Below, one piece after another: positions 35,591 through 46,637 of a stretch of DNA of 46,637 nucleotides (its first letter is position 1; each line of letters starts with the position of its first letter). The stretch spans positions 1-46,637 of the forward strand of contig JBLMWX010000024.1 in the NCBI GenBank assembly GCA_050257455.1, read 5' to 3'. The translations under genes and the position numbers were made by a program. Source of the DNA: Gemmatimonadota bacterium. Its GTDB lineage: Bacteria; Desulfobacterota; Deferrimicrobia; Deferrimicrobiales; Deferrimicrobiaceae. A model generated the notes under the pieces. The model did not search any database and had not been told where the DNA came from. It saw nothing but the letters and a program-made list of their open reading frames with translations.

Positions 35591-36292
35591 TCAGTCGATG
35601 ACCTTCCCGATCCGGCTCCAGCGAACGAAATCCGGCCAGCGCCACACCTGGTACCAGCGGATGTCGCGGCTCCAGTCCACGGAAAAATAGATGAAGAGCG
35701 CCTCTCCGACGACCTTGTCCATGTCCACGAACCCCCAGAACCGGGAATCGTACGAGCGGTCCCGGTTGTCCCCCATGACGAACAGCTTTCCCGGGGGGAC
35801 TCTCAGCGGGGGCATGTTGTCCCGCGCGGGCGGGAAGCCCTCTTCCTCCCGCCCGTCCGCGTACCGGACGTACGGCTCCTTGAGGGGGACCCCGTTCACG
35901 AAGACCTTCTTGTGCCGGATCTCGACGGTATCGCCCGGGACTCCCACGACACGCTTGATGAAATCCTTCTTCGGGTCCTCCGGAAACTCGAACACGATGA
36001 TGTCTCCCCGTCTCGGGCTGCGGAATTCGAGGACCCGCCCGTTCGTGAAGGGGATATGGTATCCGTAGATGAACTTGTTGACGAAGATGTGGTCCCCCAC
36101 GAGGAGGGTGTTCTCCATCGAGCCCGAGGGGATCTTGAACGCCTGGATGACGAGGGTCCGGACGACGAGGGCGATGAGGAGCGCGACGATGAAGGCCTCG
36201 ACGTACTCCCGGACCCTCCCCTTCCTCCCCGCCTCCGGCGCGGGCCGCCCGCCGCGCGACCCGGACTCCGTGTTCGCTCTCACGGCGATCAT
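35591..36292 (-). CDS. lepB: Signal peptidase I
   Basis: One TM helix, then [44 protein letters not shown] overlap with lepA. Confidence 0.95.
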   Translation of the reverse strand: MIAVRANTESGSRGGRPAPEAGRKGRVREYVEAFIVALLIALVVRTLVIQAFKIPSGSMENTLLVGDHIFVNKFIYGYHIPFTNGRVLEFRSPRRGDIIVFEFPEDPKKDFIKRVVGVPGDTVEIRHKKVFVNGVPLKEPYVRYADGREEEGFPPARDNMPPLRVPPGKLFVMGDNRDRSYDSRFWGFVDMDKVVGEALFIYFSVDWSRDIRWYQVWRWPDFVRWSRIGKVID

Positions 36293-38088
36293 TCCTTCAC
36301 CTTGAGGATCGAAAGGAACGCTTCCTGCGGGATTTCCACCGTCCCGACCTGCTTCATCCGCTTCTTCCCCTCTTTCTGCTTTTCGAGCAGTTTCCGCTTG
36401 CGCGTGATGTCGCCGCCGTAACACTTGGCGAGCACGTTCTTCCGGATCGGCTTGACGGATTCGCGGGCGACGACCTTCGAGCCGATCGCCGCCTGGATCA
36501 CCACCTCGAACAGCTGGCGGGGGATCAGCTTCCGGAGGCGCTCGGTCACGTCCCGCCCCTTGTGGTAGGCGCTGTCGCGGTGGACGATGAGGGAGAGCGC
36601 GTCCACCTTCTCCCCGTTGATCAGGATGTCCAGCTTCACGAGGTCTCCCCGCCGGAACTCGAGAAACTCGTAGTCCATCGAGGCGTATCCGCGCGACGCC
36701 GTCTTGAGCTTGTCGTAGAAGTCGAGGACGATCTCGCTCAGCGGGAGCTGGTACTCCAGGATGACGCGGTTCGACGTCACGAACCGCATCTGCTTCTGGA
36801 CGCCCCGCCTCTCCTCGCACAGCTTGAGGACGCCGCCGAGGTGCTCGGCGGGCAGGTGGATGGTGGCGGCGATGAACGGCTCCTCGATGTAATCGAGCTC
36901 GAGCGGCTCCGGGAGTCGCGCGGGGCTGTCGACCTCGACCACCGAGCGGTCCCGCCGGATCGCACGATACCCGACCGTCGGCGCCGTCGTGATGAGCGCG
37001 ACGCCGTATTCCCGCTCGAGCCGCTCCTGGACGATCTCCATGTGCAGAAGCCCCAGGAACCCGCAACGGAACCCGAATCCGAGCGCCACGGAGGTCTCGG
37101 GGTCGGCCGTGAAGGACGCATCGTTGAGGCGCAGCTTCTCGATGGCGGTCCGCAGCTGGCCGTACTCGTCCGAGACGACCGGGTACAGGCCGGCGAACAC
37201 CATCGGGCGGACGACCTTGAACCCCGGGAGGGGAACCGCCGCCGGGCGCCGCGCGTCCGTGATGGTGTCCCCGACCTTGGTCTCGCGGACCTCCTTGATG
37301 TTCGCGACGACGAATCCGACCTCGCCGGGCCCCAGCGCGGCGACCTCCGTCGGGTGGGGGCTGAAGACGCCGACCTTCTGGACCTCGAAGGCGTTTCCCG
37401 TGGCCATGAGGAGGATCCTCTGCCCCGGGGCGACGGTTCCCTCGAAGACGCGGGCCAGGATGACGACCCCGACGTAGTTGTCAAACCACGAATCGATGAT
37501 GAGCGCCTTCGTCGGCGCGTCCGGGTTTCCCTCGGGCGGCGGGATCTTCAGGACCACCGCCTCGAGGATCTCGGGGACGCCGGTCCCCTTCTTGGCGCTC
37601 GCGGCGATCATGCCTTCGGTTTCGAGCCCGACGATGTCCTCGATCTCCCGGCGCACGCGCTCCGGCTCCGCGTTGGGAAGGTCGATCTTGTTGAGGACCG
37701 GGACGACCTCGAGGTTCTGCTCCAGCGCCATGTAGACGTTGGCGAGGGTCTGCGCCTCGACGCCCTGCGAGGCGTCCACGACGAGGATGGCCCCCTCGCA
37801 GGCGCACAGCGATCGCGACACCTCGTAGGAGAAATCGACGTGCCCCGGGGTGTCGATCAGGTTGAGAACGTAAGGCCTTCCGTCCGCGGCGACGTATTTC
37901 ATCCGGACCGTCTGGGCCTTGATGGTGATTCCGCGCTCCCGCTCGATCTCCATCTTGTCCAGGAACTGGTCGACCCTCTCCCGTTCCGTCAGGGTGCCGG
38001 TGAGCTCCATCAGCCGGTCGGCGAGGGTCGACTTCCCGTGATCGATGTGGGCGATGATGGAGAAATTGCGGATGTGCTCGATGCGCAT
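36289..38088 (-). CDS. lepA: Translation elongation factor 4 (LepA)
   Basis: N-terminus [25 protein letters not shown]; C-terminal [25 protein letters not shown]. Confidence 0.97.
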   Translation of the reverse strand: MRIEHIRNFSIIAHIDHGKSTLADRLMELTGTLTERERVDQFLDKMEIERERGITIKAQTVRMKYVAADGRPYVLNLIDTPGHVDFSYEVSRSLCACEGAILVVDASQGVEAQTLANVYMALEQNLEVVPVLNKIDLPNAEPERVRREIEDIVGLETEGMIAASAKKGTGVPEILEAVVLKIPPPEGNPDAPTKALIIDSWFDNYVGVVILARVFEGTVAPGQRILLMATGNAFEVQKVGVFSPHPTEVAALGPGEVGFVVANIKEVRETKVGDTITDARRPAAVPLPGFKVVRPMVFAGLYPVVSDEYGQLRTAIEKLRLNDASFTADPETSVALGFGFRCGFLGLLHMEIVQERLEREYGVALITTAPTVGYRAIRRDRSVVEVDSPARLPEPLELDYIEEPFIAATIHLPAEHLGGVLKLCEERRGVQKQMRFVTSNRVILEYQLPLSEIVLDFYDKLKTASRGYASMDYEFLEFRRGDLVKLDILINGEKVDALSLIVHRDSAYHKGRDVTERLRKLIPRQLFEVVIQAAIGSKVVARESVKPIRKNVLAKCYGGDITRKRKLLEKQKEGKKRMKQVGTVEIPQEAFLSILKVKE

Positions 38089-38089
38089 G

Positions 38090-39028
38090 TTACCACGTGT
38101 CGGAATCTCTCGTCGTTTCGCGGAAGAAAGAATAGGTCCGGGCGAGTCCTTCCTCCAGGAACGTCTCAGGATACCATCCGAGCTCATCCAGGGCCAGCCT
38201 GTTTTCGAGGCAGGAACGGCGTTGCTCCCCCGGCATCGCCGGGCCGTGGATCTCCTCCTGCCGCGCGCCGGCCAGCTGCCGCAGCGCCCGGAAGAGCGTG
38301 TTGACGCTCGTCTCGATCCCGGTCCCGATGTTGACGGCCCGGCCGCTCCCGCGCCCCAGGGCCGCGAGGTTCGCCCGGACGACGTCGCCGACGTAGACAT
38401 AGTCGCGCGTCTGCTCCCCGTCCCCGTTGATGATGGCCGCCTGGCCCCGGAGCAGGCGGCGGCAGAAGATCGCGACGACGCCCGCCTCGCCGTGGGGGTC
38501 CTGGCGCGGCCCGTAGACGTTGGCGTACCGGAGCGCCGTGAAGTCCATCCCGTACTGGGCCCGGTAGAAGTTGAGATAGCACTCCACGGAGACCTTCGCG
38601 GCCCCGTAGGGGCTCACCGGCCGCAGCGGGTGCGCCTCGTCGGCCGGAAACCGCTCCTGCTCGCCGTATCCCGCGCCCCCCGAGGACGCGAACAGGAACT
38701 TGCGGACGCCGCTCTGCCGGCACGCCTCGAGGAGCCGGATCGTCGCGATGATGTTGACCTGCGCGTCGAAGACCGGGTCCGCGACGGAGGCGCGGACGTT
38801 GATCTGGGCCGCGTGGTGGTTGACGACCTCCGGGCGGAACGTCCTCACGGCCTCCGCCGCCGTGTCGGAGCCGATGTCGCACAGGACGAACCGGGCGGCG
38901 GCCGGGACGTTCTCCTTCTTGCCGGACGAGAGGTTGTCGATCACCATGATCTCGTGCCCCTCCGCCGCGCAGGCGTCGGCGACGTGGGACCCGATGAATC
39001 CCGCCCCGCCCGTGATCAGGATGCGCAT
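38090..39028 (-). CDS. NAD-dependent nucleotide-sugar epimerase (UDP-glucose 4-epimerase-like)
   Basis: Motifs [41 protein letters not shown]. Confidence 0.9.
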   Translation of the reverse strand: MRILITGGAGFIGSHVADACAAEGHEIMVIDNLSSGKKENVPAAARFVLCDIGSDTAAEAVRTFRPEVVNHHAAQINVRASVADPVFDAQVNIIATIRLLEACRQSGVRKFLFASSGGAGYGEQERFPADEAHPLRPVSPYGAAKVSVECYLNFYRAQYGMDFTALRYANVYGPRQDPHGEAGVVAIFCRRLLRGQAAIINGDGEQTRDYVYVGDVVRANLAALGRGSGRAVNIGTGIETSVNTLFRALRQLAGARQEEIHGPAMPGEQRRSCLENRLALDELGWYPETFLEEGLARTYSFFRETTRDSDTW

Positions 39029-39056
39029 GGGCTCTCCCTCCGCTCGTCGTCGCGGG

Positions 39057-39923
39057 TCATCGCGTCTTCCCGCGCCTGGCCGTCGTCGCCAGGAATTCGA
39101 GGACCGCCTCCCGCCAGGGCCTGGGCGACTCCCCCGTCGCGCGCCGGTACTTGTCCTTCGACAGGACCGAGTAGGGCGGACGCGGCGCGGGAAGCCCGAG
39201 CTCGGCGGTCAGGCAGGGCGCGGGCGCGATGCCCCCGGGAAAGGCCTGTTCGAGGACGAAGGCCGCGAACTCGTACCAGCTGGTCTCGCCCTCGTTCGAA
39301 AAATGGAACGTGCCGCGCGCGCCGGCCTCCAGCAACCGCCGCGTCGCCCGGGCGAGGTCCCGGGCGTAGGTCGGACATCCCCGCTGGTCCGTCACGACCC
39401 GGAGCGCCTCTCCCCGCTTCGCCCTGTCGAGGATCGCGAACACGAAGTTCCTCCCGCCCGCCCCGAAGAGCCACTGGGTCCGGACGAGGAGATGGTCGGG
39501 CGCCTCCGCCCGAACCGCCTCCTCGGCCGCCCACTTGGTCCGCCCGTACGCCGACACCGGATGCGCCGCGTCGTCCTCGACGTAGGGCCGGTCGGAGCTG
39601 CCGTCGAAGATGTAATCCGACCCGAAGGTGACCAGCAGCGCCCCCCGGGCGCGGCACTCGCGGGCCACGTTGCGGGTTCCCTCGGCGTTCACGGCCCATG
39701 CCGCGGCCTCGTCGGACTCGGCCCTGTCGACCGCGGTGTAGGCCGCGCAGTGCACGACGACGTCCGGCCGGAAACGGCCGACCGCCTCGCGGCACGCCGC
39801 CGCGCTCGTGACGTCGCACTCCCCCACGTCCACCGAGCCGACGTCGTGATCGTGGCGGAACTCCGCCTCGATCTCCCTGCCGAGGAGCCCGGCTCCCCCC
39901 GTGATCAGCACGCGTCGCCTCAA
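39057..39923 (-). CDS. rfbD: dTDP-4-dehydrorhamnose reductase
   Basis: TTG start overlapping the lptD stop. Motifs HCAAYTAVDRAE, SDYIFDG, YGRTK, DQRGCPT, APRPPYSVL. Confidence 0.92.
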   Translation of the reverse strand: MRRRVLITGGAGLLGREIEAEFRHDHDVGSVDVGECDVTSAAACREAVGRFRPDVVVHCAAYTAVDRAESDEAAAWAVNAEGTRNVARECRARGALLVTFGSDYIFDGSSDRPYVEDDAAHPVSAYGRTKWAAEEAVRAEAPDHLLVRTQWLFGAGGRNFVFAILDRAKRGEALRVVTDQRGCPTYARDLARATRRLLEAGARGTFHFSNEGETSWYEFAAFVLEQAFPGGIAPAPCLTAELGLPAPRPPYSVLSKDKYRRATGESPRPWREAVLEFLATTARRGKTR

Positions 39924-42082
39924 TTCCCGAATTCCCCGATTCCGCGGAGTCCGAACATGAGCCTGATGCTCGTTTCGTCGGGATGCGATTTCTTGTAATA
40001 GACGGCGCCGACGCTCCAGCAGTCGCTGCGCGGATACGTCGTCACCGTGATCATGCCGTCGGACACCTCCCTGTTCCTGACGGAGTAGTTCCAGTCGGAG
40101 CGCAGGCCCAGGAACCGGAACGGCCGGAACGCGACGATCCCGTTGACGTCCTGCGAGAGGCCGCGCGTGATCCCGTAGGAGAGCAGCACGCGGTCTTCGT
40201 CGCCCCGCGTCCATCCGCCGCCGACGGACGCGGTCGTCAGGTCTCCCGCCACCGGATCGAACAGCGCTTCCCCCGTCATCCTCCAGCGGGGCGCCGGCGC
40301 CACGCGAAACCGGGCGTAGATGTCGGATGCCGCCGCGCGGCCGCCCGACGCCTGGCCGGTCTCGAGGTCGATCTGCTCCCGGAGCGTCCTCGCGAACGGC
40401 TGCAGGGGGTCCACGTAGACGGCGTCCGACATCGCTTCGCGCTTGAGGTCGTAGGCCCATTCGACCTCCAGGACCCCCACTTCCGACGCATGCCCCTCCT
40501 CGGCCAGCCGGGTGAGCCGCTGCGCCAGCGCCACGCTGAACTGCCGCTGCGGCCGCACCCGGGACCACTGGTCGGTCGTCGGGATGTCCGACTGCTCGAC
40601 GTCGGGGATCCAGCGGAACCCGATCGTGGGCTCCACGGTGTGCGAGAGCCGGACCGTCTCGCTCCGGACGAAGGTCCGCCTCCAGACCGCGGACAGGTCG
40701 GCCCCCGCGAGGGGGACGACCCTGCCGCTGTCCGTCACGGGCCTGTCGCCCCACGCGGAGACGGTGCGCGACGCCAGGAGGTCGGCCCCGCCGTACGGGA
40801 CCAGCGAAACGGACGGGTAGAGGGTCACCGGCCATGACACCCCGACCAGGCCCCTCCCCCTCAACTCGCGGTCGCCGGCGCGCCGGTAGAAGTTCTCGAC
40901 CCTCAGCTCGCCCCCCGCCTCGATCCCGGTCTTCCCGACCGGCCGCGCGAGGACCTGCGCGCCGTACTCGGGGAGACGCTGAACGGTGTTGTCCTCCGGG
41001 ATCCCCTGGTGGTCCTGCACCCAGGTCACGGAGAGCGTCTGCAGGCTGTTGGCGCCCCGTCGCGCGACGAAACCGCGCGACGGGACCGCCCTCGCGGACC
41101 TGAGGATCTCGGGGTCCACCAGGTCGACGTAATAGGCGTCGTCGGACACGAGATCCCACTTCGCGTTCGCGGTCCAGTCCCCCGCGGACCTCAGGACGTT
41201 TTCGCCGTAGAACCGGTATCGTTCGCGGCGGGTCAGCCGGTCGCGGAAGGAGGTCGCCCGCGCGGCGCCCTCGGACGCGTCGTTCAGGACGTACCGGTAC
41301 TCGGCCTCCGGCCGGTAGCCGCGCGCGGACATCGCGTCCAGGGTGAACGTGGCGTCGCTCCAGCGGTTGATCGCCCAGTAGTAAGGAAGCGTGAGCTCGT
41401 ATCCCCGGCTCCCGCTGTGCTGGAAGCCGGGGAGCAGAAAGCCGCTCTGCCGGGTCAGCTTGACCGGAAACGCGGCCCAGGGCAGCCACAGGACGGGAAT
41501 GCCCCTCACCTTGAAGGTCACGTCCTTGGCGACCGCGTAGCCGTCGATGTTGAGCCGCGATCGCCCCACCATGATCTTCCAGTCGGGCTCCGGATCGCAC
41601 GGGCAGGTGGTGAGGCTCCCTTTCCGCACGGTGAACGATCTCGGCCCCGTCTTCTCGAACCGCTCGCTCGTCAACTGGTAGTTGTTCGTGCTCAGACGGA
41701 TGCTGCCGTTGTAGAGGGCCCCCTTCTCGGTCCGGATGTTGATGACGATGCGGTCGAACGAGAATTCGTCCCCCTCGTCCCTGTAATGGACGTGGCCCGA
41801 GAACTCGGCCTCCCCCGAAGACGCGTCGTACCGGATCCGGTCCGCCCGGACGGTCCGTGGCCCGAGACCGACCTCGACGTTTCCTTCGGCGAGGACGACC
41901 CCCGAATTCTCGTCGTAGGAAAGCGTGTCGGCCGAGAGCGTCACGGGACCGCCGAGGGCAAGGCCGGGCAGCGTCGCCTTCTGTCCGGGGAGGGGCGTCG
42001 GGATCGAGACCTCGGCGCGCGCCGGCAGGCCGGCGAAGAGGGCGCCCAGGAGTCCGGCCACGACCCCGGCGCGCCGGATCAC
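39920..42082 (-). CDS. lptD: LPS-assembly outer-membrane protein LptD
   Basis: Signal peptide, jellyroll region ADTLSYD..AEGNV..ADRIRYD, TTCPC..PDW, RQSGFLLP, PYYWAI, and a C-terminal barrel with DCW..GLRGIG. Confidence 0.85.
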   Translation of the reverse strand: MIRRAGVVAGLLGALFAGLPARAEVSIPTPLPGQKATLPGLALGGPVTLSADTLSYDENSGVVLAEGNVEVGLGPRTVRADRIRYDASSGEAEFSGHVHYRDEGDEFSFDRIVINIRTEKGALYNGSIRLSTNNYQLTSERFEKTGPRSFTVRKGSLTTCPCDPEPDWKIMVGRSRLNIDGYAVAKDVTFKVRGIPVLWLPWAAFPVKLTRQSGFLLPGFQHSGSRGYELTLPYYWAINRWSDATFTLDAMSARGYRPEAEYRYVLNDASEGAARATSFRDRLTRRERYRFYGENVLRSAGDWTANAKWDLVSDDAYYVDLVDPEILRSARAVPSRGFVARRGANSLQTLSVTWVQDHQGIPEDNTVQRLPEYGAQVLARPVGKTGIEAGGELRVENFYRRAGDRELRGRGLVGVSWPVTLYPSVSLVPYGGADLLASRTVSAWGDRPVTDSGRVVPLAGADLSAVWRRTFVRSETVRLSHTVEPTIGFRWIPDVEQSDIPTTDQWSRVRPQRQFSVALAQRLTRLAEEGHASEVGVLEVEWAYDLKREAMSDAVYVDPLQPFARTLREQIDLETGQASGGRAAASDIYARFRVAPAPRWRMTGEALFDPVAGDLTTASVGGGWTRGDEDRVLLSYGITRGLSQDVNGIVAFRPFRFLGLRSDWNYSVRNREVSDGMITVTTYPRSDCWSVGAVYYKKSHPDETSIRLMFGLRGIGEFGN

Positions 42083-43371
42083 GGGTTCGCCCCGACCCGG
42101 TGCCGGTAGGCGTCCCCGACCGCGACGAGGGAGCCGCAGACGATCACGATCCCGCGTTTCCCGGCCTCTTCGCGCGCCGTCCGCCACGCCGCATCGAAGC
42201 TGCCCGCGGTCCGCACCGGCACCCCCTCCCGCCGGCAGGCGGCCACGAGGCGGCGAAGCGGCGCCGCCCGCTCGTGCCCCATCTCGTATGCGACCCAGAG
42301 ATCCACGTCGCCCCGGAGCGCGCCCAGGAAGCCCCGGACATCCTTGTCCCCGAGCATGCTCCAGAGCGCGACCACGCGCCCGATGCGGCCGCCGGCTTTC
42401 ATCTCCGCCAGCGCGCGCCCCAGAACGGTCCCCGCGTCCGGATTGTGCGCGCCGTCCACCCAGGCCCGGGCGTTTCCGGGGCCGGGAAGCCGGCACAGCC
42501 GGCCGGGCCACCGCGCCTCGGCCAGCGCCTCGCGGGCGGCGGACGCGAACTCCGGCGCGCCGAAGCCGCGCCGGCGCGCCGACAGCCACGCGGCGGCGCA
42601 CGCGACGGCGGCGTTGTCGCGCTGGAATGCGCCCGCCATTCCGATCCGCACCCGGGGCAGGGACATTCCCGGGATGCGGAGGTCGAACCGACCGCGCCCC
42701 GCGTCCTCCCACCGGAAGTCGCGCCCCCACTCCCAGACCGGGCAGCCGGCCTGCGCCGCGGCCTTCCCGGCGACGCGCCGCGCCGCGGTCCTCATCCTGC
42801 CGAACACGGCGGGAACCGCGTCCCGGAGGATCCCGGCCTTTTCGGAGGCGATCGCGCGGATCGAGCGGCCGAGCCATTCCGTGTGATCGACCCCGACGTT
42901 CGTGATCACCGCGACCTCCGCGGGGCATGCCGTGGTCGCGTCCCATCGCCCCCCGAGCCCCGTCTCCATGACCGCCAGGGCCACGCCGCGCCGGCGGAAC
43001 CAGTCGCACGCCGCCCAGGTCATCTCCTCGAACCAGGACAGCGGCGCCCCGGCCGCGCAGGCCACGGCGCGCGACAGGACCGAGGCCCGCGCCAGCGCCC
43101 GCCGGAGCGCGGCGTCCGGGATCGCCGCGCCGGAGACGCGGATCCGCTCCACGGGGGAGACGAGATGCGGGGAGGTGTAGAGGCCGACGGGTGCGCCGAG
43201 CAGGCGCCGCAGGATCGCCTCGGCAAAACAGGCGGTCGACCCCTTGCCGTTGGTCCCGGCCACGTGGATCGTCCGGAACGAACGTTCCGGGTGGCCGGAG
43301 ATGTCGAGCGCCAGGAGGATCCTCTCCAGGCCCGGCTGGATCCGTTCCGCCGCCCCGCCCAACCCTCTCAT
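42079..43371 (-). CDS. folC: Dihydrofolate synthase / folylpolyglutamate synthase
   Basis: Motifs [43 protein letters not shown]. Confidence 0.94.
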   Translation of the reverse strand: MRGLGGAAERIQPGLERILLALDISGHPERSFRTIHVAGTNGKGSTACFAEAILRRLLGAPVGLYTSPHLVSPVERIRVSGAAIPDAALRRALARASVLSRAVACAAGAPLSWFEEMTWAACDWFRRRGVALAVMETGLGGRWDATTACPAEVAVITNVGVDHTEWLGRSIRAIASEKAGILRDAVPAVFGRMRTAARRVAGKAAAQAGCPVWEWGRDFRWEDAGRGRFDLRIPGMSLPRVRIGMAGAFQRDNAAVACAAAWLSARRRGFGAPEFASAAREALAEARWPGRLCRLPGPGNARAWVDGAHNPDAGTVLGRALAEMKAGGRIGRVVALWSMLGDKDVRGFLGALRGDVDLWVAYEMGHERAAPLRRLVAACRREGVPVRTAGSFDAAWRTAREEAGKRGIVIVCGSLVAVGDAYRHRVGANP

Positions 43372-44216
43372 CTTCCGTTCGGCGGGGGGAGGAACCGGAG
43401 GATCTGCGTCAGCGTGCCCTTGAGCTTCGTCCGCTCCACGATCATGTCGACCATCCCGTGCTCCAGGAGGAACTCGGCGCGCTGGAACCCCTCGGGGAGC
43501 TTCTGCTTGATGGTCTGCTCGATGACGCGGGGTCCCGCGAAGCCGACGAGGGCTCCCGGCTCGGAGATGATCACGTCGCCGAGCATCGCGAAGCTCGCCG
43601 CCACCCCGCCCGTCGTCGGATCGGTCATCACGCTGATGAACGGAATGCGTGCGCCCGAGAGCCGCGCCAGGGCCGCGCTCGTCTTCGCCATCTGCATGAG
43701 CGAGAGGGTCCCCTCCTGCATCCGCGCGCCCCCCGAGGCGCTGAAGACGATCAGCGGCCGCGACTGCGCCAGCGCCGCCTCGGCCGCCGCGGTCACCTTC
43801 TCACCGACCGCGCACCCCATCGAACCCCCCAGGAACTCGAAATCGAGGACCGCCAGGACCACGTCGATCCCGTTGATCTTCGCCGTCCCCGTGATGACGG
43901 CCTCCTTGCGGGCGGTCTTCTTGCGGGCTTCCTTGAGCCGCTCGGTGTACTTCTTGGTGTCCGTGAAGCCGAGCATGTCGACGGATTCGATGTCCTCGCC
44001 GAACTCCTGGAACGTCCCGTCGTCCGCGATGGACTTGATGCGCTCCAGGGCGGGAATGCGGAAATGGTAGTTGCACTTCGGGCAGACGGACAGGTTCCGC
44101 TCCACCTCGGGCTTGTAGATGATCTCGAGGCACGCCCCGCACTTGATCCACATCCCTTCGGGGATCTTGATCCTCTTCTCGCCGTCTTCCTTCCTGCGGA
44201 ACAGTCTTATCGCCAT
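43368..44216 (-). CDS. accD: Acetyl-CoA carboxylase carboxyltransferase beta subunit
   Basis: Zinc finger WIKCGAC..CPKC; motifs [22 protein letters not shown]. Confidence 0.96.
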   Translation of the reverse strand: MAIRLFRRKEDGEKRIKIPEGMWIKCGACLEIIYKPEVERNLSVCPKCNYHFRIPALERIKSIADDGTFQEFGEDIESVDMLGFTDTKKYTERLKEARKKTARKEAVITGTAKINGIDVVLAVLDFEFLGGSMGCAVGEKVTAAAEAALAQSRPLIVFSASGGARMQEGTLSLMQMAKTSAALARLSGARIPFISVMTDPTTGGVAASFAMLGDVIISEPGALVGFAGPRVIEQTIKQKLPEGFQRAEFLLEHGMVDMIVERTKLKGTLTQILRFLPPPNGR

Positions 44217-44223
44217 GGCCGTT

Positions 44224-45018
44224 TCACCTCGCCGCCCGCTTCAGGGAGTGGACGAGACGGCGGAGCTCGCCCGGCCCCCGCCGGGACGTCCCCCACCGCT
44301 CGACCACGCGCACGCACGCGCTCCCGACGACCGCGGCATCCGCGAACCGGGTCGTCTCGCGGGCCATCGCCGGGGTCGATATGCCGAAGCCGACAGCCAC
44401 GGGAAGCCGCGTCCGCGCCCGAACGGCGCGCGCCCATGCCGCAAGGCCCGGCGGAAGGGCGCGCCGGACCCCCGTGATGCCGGTCACCGAAACGAGGTAG
44501 AGGAATCCGGATCCCGCGGAGGCGGCGCGGCCGATGCGCCTCTCGCCGCTCGTCGGCGTCGCGAGGGGGATCCAGTCCATCGCGGCCTTCCGGACGGCCG
44601 GCCGCATCTCGCGGGACTCTTCCGGCGGCAGGTCGACGACGAGGAACCCGTCGACGCCCGCCGCCCGCGCGTCGCGGCACAGCCTCGGAACGCCGTAGCT
44701 CAGGAACGGGTTGTAGTACCCGAACAGGACCACCGGCGTGCCGTGCGTCTCGCGCAGCGAGGACACGAGCGCCAACGCCCCGTCCACCGTCATCCCCCCC
44801 GAGATCGCGCGCCGCGACGCCGCCTGGATCGTCGGGCCGTCGGCCGTGGGGTCCGAGAACGGGATGCCCACCTCCAGGATGTCCGCGCCCCCGTCGGCGG
44901 CGGCCCGAAGGTACGACAGCGAGTGCCGGGCGTCGGGGTCGCCGGCGGTCAGGTAGACGACGAGACCGCCCTCCCCGGCCCCCTTCAGGGAGAGAAAAGC
45001 GTCATCGATCCGCGACAC
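44224..45018 (-). CDS. trpA: Tryptophan synthase alpha subunit
   Basis: Motifs [39 protein letters not shown]. Confidence 0.95.
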   Translation of the reverse strand: MSRIDDAFLSLKGAGEGGLVVYLTAGDPDARHSLSYLRAAADGGADILEVGIPFSDPTADGPTIQAASRRAISGGMTVDGALALVSSLRETHGTPVVLFGYYNPFLSYGVPRLCRDARAAGVDGFLVVDLPPEESREMRPAVRKAAMDWIPLATPTSGERRIGRAASAGSGFLYLVSVTGITGVRRALPPGLAAWARAVRARTRLPVAVGFGISTPAMARETTRFADAAVVGSACVRVVERWGTSRRGPGELRRLVHSLKRAAR

Positions 45019-46213
45019 CGGCCGCTCCTTCCGCCTGCGCCAGGATGGCGATGTCCTTGTCCCCGCGCCCCGAGACGTTCACGACCAGCGACGCCCGCCG
45101 CCCGAGGCGCCGCGCGAGGCGCACGCCGAACGCGACGGCGTGCGACGATTCGAGCGCCGGCATGATCCCCTCGCACCGGGTGAGAAGATCGAAGGCTTCG
45201 AGGGCCTGTTCGTCCGTGACCGAGACGTAGGAGGCCCTCCCGGTCGCCTTGAGCCACGCGTGTTCGGGTCCGACGCCGGGGTAGTCGAGTCCCGCCGAGA
45301 TGGAATGGGCCTCCAGGATCTGGCCGTCCGCGTCCTGGAGCACGAACGACTTGCTGCCGTGGAGGACTCCGATCCGCCCCCGGCACAGGGTGGCCCCGTG
45401 CCGCCCCGTTTCCAGCCCGTGCCCGCCCGCCTCGACGCCGTAGAGCGCGACCGCCCTCTTCCCGATGAAGGGGGTGAAGATCCCCATCGCGTTGCTCCCG
45501 CCCCCGACGCACGCGACGACGGCGGCGGGGAGCTCCCCGGCCGCCGCGCGGAACTGCCGGAGACACTCCTTCCCGATGACGGACTGGAAGTCCCGGACCA
45601 TGGCGGGGTACGGATGCGGCCCGGCCGTCGATCCGATGAGGTAGTAGGTCGTGCGGACGTTGGTGACCCAGTCCCGCAGCGCCTCGTTCATCGCGTCCTT
45701 GAGCGTGGCCGAGCCCGAGGTCACCGGGATGACGCGCGTCCCGAGGAGCTGCATCCGGAAGACGTTGAGCGCCTGCCGCTCCACGTCCACCGCCCCCTGG
45801 TAGACCTCGCAGGGCAGCCCGAAGAGGGCGGCGGCGGTCGCGGTCGCCACGCCGTGCTGGCCGGCGCCGGTCTCCGCGATGATCCGGCGCTTCCCCATCC
45901 GCCGGGCGAGCAGGATCTGGCCCAGCGTGTTGTTGAGCTTGTGCGAGCCGGTGTGGCAGAGGTCCTCGCGCTTCAGCAGCACGCGGCAGCCGCGCGCGTC
46001 GGAGCTCATGCGGCGCGCCTCGGAGAGCGGCGTCTCGCGCCCGGCGTAGCGCTCCAGGAGCTCGTTCAGCTCCGCGTCGAAGGCCGGGTCGGCCCGGGCG
46101 GCGCGCCACGCCTGCTCGAGCTCGAGCAGGGCAGGGACCAGCGTCTCGGGGACGTACCGGCCCCCGAAGGCGCCGTAGCGTCCTCGCGCGTCGGGGAGGT
46201 TCGGCTTGCTCAT
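45002..46213 (-). CDS. trpB: Tryptophan synthase beta subunit
   Basis: Start [11 protein letters not shown] at 46213. Motifs [45 protein letters not shown]. Confidence 0.97.
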   Translation of the reverse strand: MSKPNLPDARGRYGAFGGRYVPETLVPALLELEQAWRAARADPAFDAELNELLERYAGRETPLSEARRMSSDARGCRVLLKREDLCHTGSHKLNNTLGQILLARRMGKRRIIAETGAGQHGVATATAAALFGLPCEVYQGAVDVERQALNVFRMQLLGTRVIPVTSGSATLKDAMNEALRDWVTNVRTTYYLIGSTAGPHPYPAMVRDFQSVIGKECLRQFRAAAGELPAAVVACVGGGSNAMGIFTPFIGKRAVALYGVEAGGHGLETGRHGATLCRGRIGVLHGSKSFVLQDADGQILEAHSISAGLDYPGVGPEHAWLKATGRASYVSVTDEQALEAFDLLTRCEGIMPALESSHAVAFGVRLARRLGRRASLVVNVSGRGDKDIAILAQAEGAAGVADR

Positions 46214-46637
46214 CGCTTCTCCTTGATGCCCTTCGCCTCGCGGATGAACCGCGCGGTCTTCTCGTGATCCTTCACGCCCGGCGCGCTCTCGACGCCGCTC
46301 GCCACGTCGACGCCCCACGGCCGGACCTGCCGGACGGCGTCGGCGACGTTCTCGGGGCGCAGGCCGCCCGCGAGGATGATCGGCGCCCGCCGCGCCCCCT
46401 CCGACGCCAGCGACCAGTCGAAGGTCTTGCCGCTGCCGCCGTAGTCCGCCGTGTCGGCGTCGAGCAGGAAGCCGGCGACGTCGTACGCGTCGAGGAGGAA
46501 GGCGGGGACGCCGTAGCGGCCGAGCGCGTCGAGCGACGCGCGGTCGCGCACGCGGATCGCCTTGATCACCGGGAGCGGCAGCGAGGCGCAGAGCTCCGGC
46601 GGCTCGTCGCCGTGGAGCTGCACCCACTGGACCCCCG
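46210..46637 (-). CDS. trpF: Phosphoribosylanthranilate isomerase (5' end outside the window)
   Basis: Motifs [39 protein letters not shown]. Confidence 0.93.
   Translation of the reverse strand, partial: GVQWVQLHGDEPPELCASLPLPVIKAIRVRDRASLDALGRYGVPAFLLDAYDVAGFLLDADTADYGGSGKTFDWSLASEGARRAPIILAGGLRPENVADAVRQVRPWGVDVASGVESAPGVKDHEKTARFIREAKGIKEKR
46456..46515. repeat. Imperfect in-frame 30-bp tandem duplication inside trpF
   Basis: 46456-46485 versus 46486-46515: 25 of 30 nt identical. The copies encode [10 protein letters not shown] and [10 protein letters not shown]. Confidence 0.85.

Overview
High-GC, gene-dense bacterial chromosome segment. Gene content and order suggest an anaerobic Deltaproteobacteria/Desulfobacterota-like organism (inference). 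All 47 genes I can support lie on the minus strand; the long plus-strand ORFs are antisense shadows. In transcription order (right to left): trpF(partial)-trpB-trpA-accD-folC-lptD-rfbD-NDP-sugar epimerase-lepA-lepB; a PyrR-attenuated pyrR-pyrB-pyrC-carA-[PflX-like radical SAM]-carB-recG operon; alaC-like aminotransferase-hom-apgM-thioesterase-glpX; a four-subunit 2-oxoacid:ferredoxin oxidoreductase (Vor-like), an XRE/cupin regulator, a 2-hydroxyacyl-CoA dehydratase pair and a secreted TPR-like protein. The left 13 kb is an acyl-CoA operon led by a MerR/LiuR-like regulator: thiolase, hbd, crotonase, two acyl-CoA dehydrogenases, CobO, a split B12 mutase with an isobutyryl-CoA-mutase signature (F89/Q207), a thiolase-fold protein lacking the catalytic cysteines paired with a DUF35 protein, a third acyl-CoA dehydrogenase with an isovaleryl-CoA-type motif, MeaB and a GctA-like CoA transferase (partial). 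The best candidate for an undescribed system is this branched-chain acyl-CoA module, especially the Cys-less thiolase/DUF35 pair as a possible retro-aldolase. No rRNA, tRNA, CRISPR array or mobile element was seen.
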